From Candidatus Iainarchaeum sp. (GTDB lineage: Archaea > Iainarchaeota > Iainarchaeia > Iainarchaeales > JAZDDZ01): DNA of 40,806 bases. The stretch's first letter is position 1; the number at the start of each line of letters is the position of its first letter. Under the pieces are notes generated by a model, which saw nothing but the letters and a program-made list of their open reading frames with translations, was not told the origin of the DNA and did no database searches. A program made the translations under genes and the position numbers. Below, in pieces: positions 35,143-40,806 of the stretch. The stretch is from assembly GCA_043809245.1 (NCBI GenBank), contig JAZDDZ010000016.1:1-40806 (forward strand), in the 5' to 3' direction.

Positions 35143-36540
35143 ATGGTGAAAGCAAATGACAGCAGGAAAAGTAAAACCCTGCTAAACCGGGTTCTGGGCC
35201 GGATAAAGCCCTCCAAGAATGAAAAGGCACGTGAGCTTGCATTTGCAGTAGAGCTGGTTAAAAAAATCAATGCAATAGAGGGAAAGCACGCAGAGGTAAT
35301 GCTTGCCGGCTCGCTTGCACGGGGAACAAACCTGAAGGGCGACAGGGACATAGACATATTTGTCCTTTTCCCGGAAAAAATGCCTGAAAAGGAATTCGAA
35401 AAAGAAGGCCTGAGAATCGGGAAAACTGCTTTCAAGGGGCACAAATGGGAGGAGGCGTTCTCGCAGCACCCGTACATTCGCGGAGAAATAAACGGTTTCG
35501 ATGTGGAGGTTGTTCCAAGCTATAAAGTGGAAAGCGCTTCAATGCTTAAAAGCGCAGTTGACCGAAGCCCTTTTCATTCCGCTTACCTTGAAAAAAAATT
35601 AAGCGAAAAGCAAAAAGAAGAGGTTCTTCTTCTCAAGCAGTTTTTGAAAGGCATCAGGGCCTATGGCGCGGAGCTGAAGACAAGCAGTGTTCCCGGTTAT
35701 GTGACTGAACTGCTTATCCTTGCGTACGGGGATTTTTTGGGTTGCATGAAAGGGGTAAGCGGATGGCATGAGGGAAAAATAATCGACCTTGAAAAGCATT
35801 TGGCGCCTGAGGAAGCGCGGAAAAAATTCCACCATTCCCCGCTTATAGTGGTTGACCCTGTTGACGAAAACAGGAATGTTGCCGCTGCGCTTTCCGAACA
35901 GCAGTTCGCAAGACTTGTCGCGGCGGCAAATGCTTTCCTGAAAAAGCCGTCAAAAATATTTTTCTTTCCGAAAAAAACAAAGCCAATGGCGATTGCAAAA
36001 CTTAAGAAAAAATTAGTTGAAAAAAATTTCCTAGGGCTTTTTTTGCTTTTCCCGAAAGGGCTTTTGCCTGACATCTTTTGGGGGCAATTGAAACGCATTG
36101 AAAGGAAGGCATCAAACCAGTTAAGGGAAGGGGACTTCACTGTTTTAAGGCATGTTGCCTGGACTGATGAAAAAAAGGACACGGCAATTATTTTCGAGCT
36201 TGAATCGCTTGAAATTGAGCAAACAGAGCAGCGCATTGGGCCAATGGTTTCACAGAAAGAGCACAGCGCGGCATTCCTTGCGGCTCACAAAAAGCCCTTG
36301 AGCGGGCCGAGGGTGGAGAACGGAAGATGGGTTTTGGAGGAAAAACGAAGCCACTGGCACGCGGAAAAATTATTGAAAGACGCGCTTGAAAAACTGAAAA
36401 AAACAGAGAAAGGGATGAGGAAAGCGTTTTCAAAAGCAAAGGCACTGGATGAAAAAGCCATTAGCGTGCTTTACCGGAAAAACAAATTGTTCGCGGAATT
36501 CTTAACTGAGTTCATTGAAGGAAAAGAAATTTGGGAATGA
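35143..36540 (+). CDS. cca: CCA-adding enzyme (archaeal class I)
   Basis: GSLARGTNLKGDRDIDIF, HPY, SAVDRSPFH, LLKQFLKG, GYVTELL, DPVDENRNVAAA. Confidence 0.95.
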   Translation: MVKANDSRKSKTLLNRVLGRIKPSKNEKARELAFAVELVKKINAIEGKHAEVMLAGSLARGTNLKGDRDIDIFVLFPEKMPEKEFEKEGLRIGKTAFKGHKWEEAFSQHPYIRGEINGFDVEVVPSYKVESASMLKSAVDRSPFHSAYLEKKLSEKQKEEVLLLKQFLKGIRAYGAELKTSSVPGYVTELLILAYGDFLGCMKGVSGWHEGKIIDLEKHLAPEEARKKFHHSPLIVVDPVDENRNVAAALSEQQFARLVAAANAFLKKPSKIFFFPKKTKPMAIAKLKKKLVEKNFLGLFLLFPKGLLPDIFWGQLKRIERKASNQLREGDFTVLRHVAWTDEKKDTAIIFELESLEIEQTEQRIGPMVSQKEHSAAFLAAHKKPLSGPRVENGRWVLEEKRSHWHAEKLLKDALEKLKKTEKGMRKAFSKAKALDEKAISVLYRKNKLFAEFLTEFIEGKEIWE

Positions 36541-36559
36541 TTGCGCAGAAAAAGGCAAA

Positions 36560-36585
36560 TCGGGCCCAGAGGGATTTGAACCCCC
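36560..36585 (-). repeat. Duplicate of the tRNA-Arg 3' end (att-like core, 26 bp)
   Basis: TCGGGCCCAGAGGGATTTGAACCCCC is identical at 36560-36585 and 36740-36765. Confidence 0.92.
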
Positions 36586-36739
36586 CGCAACCTTTTCTAA
36601 AGAAAAGCTTGACCAAAAAAATTTAATTTGATTGAATTCTGCGAAGCAGAATTCCCGTTTTTGATGACCTTGCAAAGAAAAAGCTTTGCGAGGTCTTGAA
36701 AAGCTACTAGCTTTTCCAGAACCTTTTTTTGAAAAAGGT
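36586..36739. mobile_element. Miniature hairpin-rich element or island scar between tRNA-Arg and its 3' duplicate
   Basis: 154 bp flanked by att-like repeats and filled with five consecutive inverted repeats; no convincing ORF. Confidence 0.6.
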
Positions 36740-36740
36740 T

Positions 36741-36814
36741 CGGGCCCAGAGGGATTTGAACCCCCGTTAGCCGGTCCGAAGCCGGCTGGTCTATCCAGGC
36801 TAGCCTATGGGCCC
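36741..36814 (-). tRNA. tRNA-Arg (anticodon UCG), no intron, CCA not encoded
   Basis: GGGCCCA/TGGGCCC acceptor stem, GCCGG-CTTCGGA-CCGGC anticodon arm, GGGGG-TTCAAAT-CCCTC T arm, discriminator G. Confidence 0.93.
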
Positions 36815-36873
36815 TGAACAATAATTATCTTCATCCAAAGGATTTTATAGGAGTTCGAATAAATCTTATTAAA

Positions 36874-37341
36874 ATGGCGAAATTAAGCGAGTCGTTTTTT
36901 TCATTGCGCGGGCTTTTGGTTTTCATAGTTTTCAGTGTCGCCGTGTTCCTGTTCTTCAACCTGCAAAACCTTCCTTTGATTGGAACAGGGTTGCTTGTTT
37001 ATTCCGCAGAGTCAACGCCGAGCGCGCTTGTATTGGAGGTGTTGCTGTTCATGTGGGGCGTTGTGTGCGCTGGGCTGTGCTTTCTTGCAGCAAAAATTTT
37101 TGTAAAAGAATTAAAGGGCGGGTTAACGCTTGTTTCGCTCGGGATAGCGATTATTGCCTTGGGCTTTTTCCTTGAAATAGAGTACATCAGCGGAATCACG
37201 CTTGTAATCGAGATAACGCCTGCGCTGAGAAACCTTGTGACAGTTGCGGGTTTTGCGATAATTTTCTTCGGGCTTTACAGCATTTACGCTGCCTCCTTGA
37301 AAATCCAGACGACCTATCACCCCTACAAGAAGGACGAGTAA
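36874..37341 (+). CDS. Hypothetical membrane protein (about 4 TM)
   Basis: 155 aa, four hydrophobic segments. Confidence 0.72.
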   Translation: MAKLSESFFSLRGLLVFIVFSVAVFLFFNLQNLPLIGTGLLVYSAESTPSALVLEVLLFMWGVVCAGLCFLAAKIFVKELKGGLTLVSLGIAIIALGFFLEIEYISGITLVIEITPALRNLVTVAGFAIIFFGLYSIYAASLKIQTTYHPYKKDE

Positions 37342-37410
37342 GCGGGTTTTTTAATTGTTTTTCTTTAAGGAATTCTTATCCTTATTTTTTACGGATTGGG
37401 GGAATTAAAT

Positions 37411-37566
37411 TTGAAGGTATGCAGCACGTGCAACAGGGAAGTCACAAGCGAGTTCGTTGAATTCAAGTGCCCTGAATGCGGCAAGGGAAAAATAGTCAGG
37501 TGCCAGAACTGCAGGGTGAATTCAAGGCTCTACACCTGCAAGGAATGCGGTTTCACAGGACCATAG
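37411..37566 (+). CDS. Small Zn-ribbon protein (DUF1610/HVO_2753-like; 51 aa, below ORF-track cutoff)
   Basis: Manual translation from TTG: MKVCSTC...FKCPECG...IVRCQNCR...YTCKECGFTGP*; conserved position upstream of EF-1beta. Confidence 0.88.
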   Translation: MKVCSTCNREVTSEFVEFKCPECGKGKIVRCQNCRVNSRLYTCKECGFTGP

Positions 37567-37594
37567 CCCGCTTAAAGCTTGAAGGCGTTTTTTT

Positions 37595-37855
37595 ATGGGA
37601 AAAACACTTGTAGTGTTCAAAATCTATCCCGAGGAAGTGGAAGCCGTTGGAAAAGTTGAGAAAGCGGTTAAGGAATTGAAGGGCGTTGAATTAAGGGACA
37701 TGAAGCGCGAGCCGATTGCATTCGGATTGGAATTGATTAAAGCGGCTTTCACTTTGCCTGAAAAAGAGGAAAACGCATTGGAAGAGCTGGAAAAAAAACT
37801 CAGGGCAATCAACGGCGTGAACCAGATTGAAGTCGAAATGATGACACTGGTTTGA
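37595..37855 (+). CDS. ef1b: Translation elongation factor 1-beta
   Basis: FKIYPE, EPIAFGL, 86 aa, follows the Zn-ribbon gene. Confidence 0.92.
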   Translation: MGKTLVVFKIYPEEVEAVGKVEKAVKELKGVELRDMKREPIAFGLELIKAAFTLPEKEENALEELEKKLRAINGVNQIEVEMMTLV

Positions 37856-37877
37856 ACTAAAAGCCAAATTTAAAAGG

Positions 37878-38930
37878 CTAGTAGCGGTCGGATTTGTCGT
37901 AGAAGATTATCAGCAGGTTTTTCTTCTTTACTTTTTTTGCCAGCCTCATTGCAGCTGAAAATGATGCCGCTGAGGTCTGCCCCACATTGAAGCCAAGTTT
38001 TGCAAGTTTTTTCTGGGCACTTTTCCATTCCTTTTTTCTGACTAGGAAAATATCACTGGTTATTTTTGCCGCGGAATGGAGATGGGGAAAGTCAATTCCT
38101 ATCGCTCCGCTTCCAGGCATGAAGAATTCCTTGCCCTTAAAGTCCTTCAGCCCGGGACGCTCGCCGAATTTTTTTTCATACTTTCCGGGAAAAACAAGTG
38201 GATAAAGCACGGGCCTTTCGAAAGGCTCAACCGCGATTATCTTTGCTTTTGGAAAATATTTTTTTATGGGCCTCCCAACGCCGTAGGCAATTGTGCCGTT
38301 TCCCGCAACCGGAAGAAAATAGTCCAGTTTAACCTTTTTTGCTTTTAATTCATCGCGAACCTCTTTTGCGAGCGGCTTTATTGCAGCAAGGGTTTCTATA
38401 ACCTGCGAATGGTTTGGGGAAAAAAATTTTTTCACTCCCGGGTTTTTCTCCCTTGCCATTTTATTCTCTAAAAGCGCCTCAACCAGCCTGTCCCTTGCGC
38501 CAGCCACAAAAGGCAGGCTGCCCTTTCTTGAGAGGACGACAATTGCGCCTTCTTTCCTTGTCGCTGCCAGCCGCCGCCTGCTCAACTCGCGGGGCATGAA
38601 CGCGATTGTTTTATAGCCTAGAATTTTTGCGTAATGCGCGAAAGCCACAGTCGCGTTCCCGGAGGAAGTCTCTACGAGAACATGCGAAGAAGGTGAGATG
38701 CCTGTCTTTTCCAAAGCACTCAATAAAAGAGGGTAAACCCTTGCATAATGGCTTCCAGTGGGGTTATCATATTCAAGCTTTACAAAAATCCTGTTGCCGT
38801 TGGGGGCAACTCCATTCAATTCTATTAAAGGTGTGTTGCCGGGCTCGGAAATGATTTTTTTAAACAATTTTTCCCGCGTGGAATTCAGCTTGACAACAGG
38901 TTTGCCTTTTGCAATGCTTTTATGCCTCAT
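37878..38930 (-). CDS. Cysteine-synthase-like fold-type II protein lacking the Schiff-base lysine
   Basis: GNTPL, KLE..NPTGSHYAR, ETSSGNA, AGNGT, IAVEP, GQTSAA, YD..DRY. Confidence 0.85.
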   Translation of the reverse strand: MRHKSIAKGKPVVKLNSTREKLFKKIISEPGNTPLIELNGVAPNGNRIFVKLEYDNPTGSHYARVYPLLLSALEKTGISPSSHVLVETSSGNATVAFAHYAKILGYKTIAFMPRELSRRRLAATRKEGAIVVLSRKGSLPFVAGARDRLVEALLENKMAREKNPGVKKFFSPNHSQVIETLAAIKPLAKEVRDELKAKKVKLDYFLPVAGNGTIAYGVGRPIKKYFPKAKIIAVEPFERPVLYPLVFPGKYEKKFGERPGLKDFKGKEFFMPGSGAIGIDFPHLHSAAKITSDIFLVRKKEWKSAQKKLAKLGFNVGQTSAASFSAAMRLAKKVKKKNLLIIFYDKSDRY

Positions 38931-38973
38931 CCTAACCAGAAAATTAATTTACCGATAAAAATATTAACAAAAA

Positions 38974-39384
38974 CTATTTGGATAACGCGCCCGCAACAAC
39001 GTTTAAAAGGCGCTCATTGGAAAAAGGCTTTTTTAGGAATCCGACTGCAAGGCGCTTGTCTATTTCATTGAAGCGCAGTGAAATCGGGTCAATGACATAG
39101 TTTTTTCCGTCGCTTTTCTCTCCCGCCAAGGACATTGCGCTCACGTAAACTATTTTCATTTTAGCGGTTTTAGGGTTATCCGCGAGCTTTGAAACGAATT
39201 CCTTTACAGGCATGCCAGGCATCATTATGTCCAAAAGAATTAGGTCAAAGTTCTGCTTTTCAATTTTCTTTAATGCATCATCGCAGTTTTTCGCGGCGTC
39301 AACCTTGTAGCCGCCTGCCTTCAACAGGTCCTTCATTGCCTCTGAAACATTCTCTTCATCGTCAACAATCAGGATGTTAGCCAT
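38974..39384 (-). CDS. Single-domain response regulator (receiver)
   Basis: ILIVDDE, LLDIMMP (phospho-acceptor Asp), VSA, KKPF. Confidence 0.92.
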   Translation of the reverse strand: MANILIVDDEENVSEAMKDLLKAGGYKVDAAKNCDDALKKIEKQNFDLILLDIMMPGMPVKEFVSKLADNPKTAKMKIVYVSAMSLAGEKSDGKNYVIDPISLRFNEIDKRLAVGFLKKPFSNERLLNVVAGALSK

Positions 39385-39414
39385 TTTTTTCTCCTAAAGA
39401 ATAAAGGCGGTGAA

Positions 39415-40599
39415 TTATTTAATTGTTACCCTTAATGGAATGCTGAAGAAAACCGTTACGCCTTTGCCTTCCCCTGATTCAATCCAGATGCTTCCACGCA
39501 TTGTTTCAACCAATCGCTTGCAAATGCTCAAGCCAAGCCCAACTCCGCCTGTTTTCCTTGTGGCAGAATCCCCCACCTGGTAGAATTCCTCGAATAGCCT
39601 GTCCATTGCATCCTGTGGAATGCTTGGGCCATCATCGCTGACGCTTACAAGTATGTCGTCATCTTTTTTTACCGCTTTAACTTCAACCAGGCCTTTATTT
39701 GGAACGAATTTCAATGCATTGTCCACAAGGTTGTTCAAAACAATGACAAATTTTTCCCTGTCGTTTAAGAGCTTAATGCCCTTTGGAATGCTTTCAACCA
39801 GCTTGACTGCCTTTGATTCCCTTATTGGCTGCGTTATCAAAAGGCACTCGCCAACAGTTTTATCAAGCGAGAATTCGGATATGTTCAGTTCCTGTGCCTG
39901 TGCCTGTATTTTAATGGTCTGCAAAAGCTTTTCAATAAGGGAAGCCAGGCGCTTTGAATCAGAGAGAATCACGTTAAGGGCTTTCTTCTGGCCGTCCCTT
40001 ATTTCCTTGCTTCCCGCAAGCATTTCAGCGTAAATGTTTATTGAAGTGATTGGCGTGCGCAACTCGTGCGCAAAAGCGTTAACCATTCGCTGCTTGAAGA
40101 AATTAAGCTCCTCGGTTTCACGCATTTTTGCCTCAAGCAACTGCGTCTTTTTTTTCTCTTCATCCTGCCGCTTAATGACTTCCTCCGCCGCCCTCTTGTC
40201 CCTCAAATCCCTGCCGATTACCTGAATGCCGACAACTTTTTCGTCCTTTTTTATTCCAATGCCGTTAATCTCAATCGGAATGACTTCCCCATTTTTTGCC
40301 CTAATCTCAAGGCTGAACATAACTGGTTTTTTGCCCCAAATCAGCCTTTGAATCAAAAAAACGCATTGAGGGAGATATTTTGGCAAGACAACTTTTGAAA
40401 AATGCCTTCCCAGAAGCTCTTCGCCTGAATAGCCAAGAAGGTCGCAGGTTTTCTGGTTCACAAAGCGAAAATTTCCAAGCAAGTCAAGGGAAAGAATCGC
40501 GTCATTTGAATGCTCGACCAAACCGCGGTACTTTTCAAGCTCTGATTGAAGCTCCGAAACCTGCTTCTCCAAAGCGACGATCTTCTCAGTTTCCGCCAT
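39415..40599 (-). CDS. Cytoplasmic PAS-domain sensor histidine kinase
   Basis: PAS (FVNQKTCDLLGYSGEELLG...RD), H-box AHELRTP, N-box NLVDNALKF, DDG, GGVGLGL; no TM segment. Confidence 0.93.
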   Translation of the reverse strand: MAETEKIVALEKQVSELQSELEKYRGLVEHSNDAILSLDLLGNFRFVNQKTCDLLGYSGEELLGRHFSKVVLPKYLPQCVFLIQRLIWGKKPVMFSLEIRAKNGEVIPIEINGIGIKKDEKVVGIQVIGRDLRDKRAAEEVIKRQDEEKKKTQLLEAKMRETEELNFFKQRMVNAFAHELRTPITSINIYAEMLAGSKEIRDGQKKALNVILSDSKRLASLIEKLLQTIKIQAQAQELNISEFSLDKTVGECLLITQPIRESKAVKLVESIPKGIKLLNDREKFVIVLNNLVDNALKFVPNKGLVEVKAVKKDDDILVSVSDDGPSIPQDAMDRLFEEFYQVGDSATRKTGGVGLGLSICKRLVETMRGSIWIESGEGKGVTVFFSIPLRVTIK

Positions 40600-40732
40600 A
40601 ACAGCACCGCAAAAAAAAGGCTATAATAAAAAGGCGTTTTCGGTTAATAAAGGTTAACCTGAAGCGTAACTGCTAACGGTTTTTGAGTGTTTTTGTGTTG
40701 TTTTGGCTGATAGATATGTTTAAACGCATATT

Positions 40733-40751
40733 GTAGCTACAAAGTAGCTAC
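40733..40751. promoter_or_regulatory. Tandem palindromic operator GTAGCTAC-aaa-GTAGCTAC
   Basis: Two copies of an 8-bp palindrome 11 bp apart, between a TTTAAAC box (~40719) and ATG 40753. Confidence 0.7.
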
Positions 40752-40752
40752 T

Positions 40753-40806
40753 ATGAAAAAGACAATTTCTCTGCGCATGGAGGGTTTTGAGGTTATTGAG
40801 AAGGTT
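40753..40806 (+). CDS. 5' fragment of a small protein, possibly DUF2080/AbrB-like or RHH DNA-binding
   Basis: MKKTISLRMEGFEVIEKV... runs off the window edge; preceded by a TATA box and operator. Confidence 0.45.
   Translation, partial: MKKTISLRMEGFEVIEKV

Noticed and set aside
36560-36586. Second tRNA or split-tRNA half
   Set aside because: Only the T-arm and acceptor 3' strand are present, with no anticodon arm or bulge-helix-bulge flank; better explained as an att-like duplication.
36597-36821. 74-aa ORF across the tRNA and mini-element
   Set aside because: It overlaps a well-formed tRNA and hairpins and has no protein-like features.

Overview
Archaeal chromosomal window. Gene content and compact layout suggest a DPANN lineage, possibly Iainarchaeota/Diapherotrites-like (inference). 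The housekeeping backbone is replication/repair (RFC small subunit, NreA) and translation/tRNA metabolism (MtaB-like methylthiotransferase, bacterial-type ThrRS, ABCE1, Pelota, Elp3, Taw3, ThpR, CCA-adding enzyme, EF-1beta, tRNA-Arg(UCG)). The main accessory feature is a ~14-kb type IV pilus locus (9461-23232). It holds an intein-interrupted CpaF/VirB11 ATPase, two TadC-like proteins, an EppA-like prepilin peptidase, nine class III signal-peptide proteins (three only 53-56 aa) and a DUF2101-like protein. Embedded in the same gene run are a membrane-anchored OB-fold protein and a TctA/DUF112 permease, which together suggest a ComEC-independent DNA-uptake machine. Non-coding signals include a 154-bp five-hairpin element between tRNA-Arg and a duplicate of its 3' end, a covarying double hairpin at 31594-31683, an orphan gene bracketed by exact 20-bp direct repeats, and a tandem GTAGCTAC operator. 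Other oddities are an AsnB-like protein without its catalytic Cys, a CysK-like protein without its PLP lysine, and a secreted protein with two lyase/lectin-like modules of different GC content.
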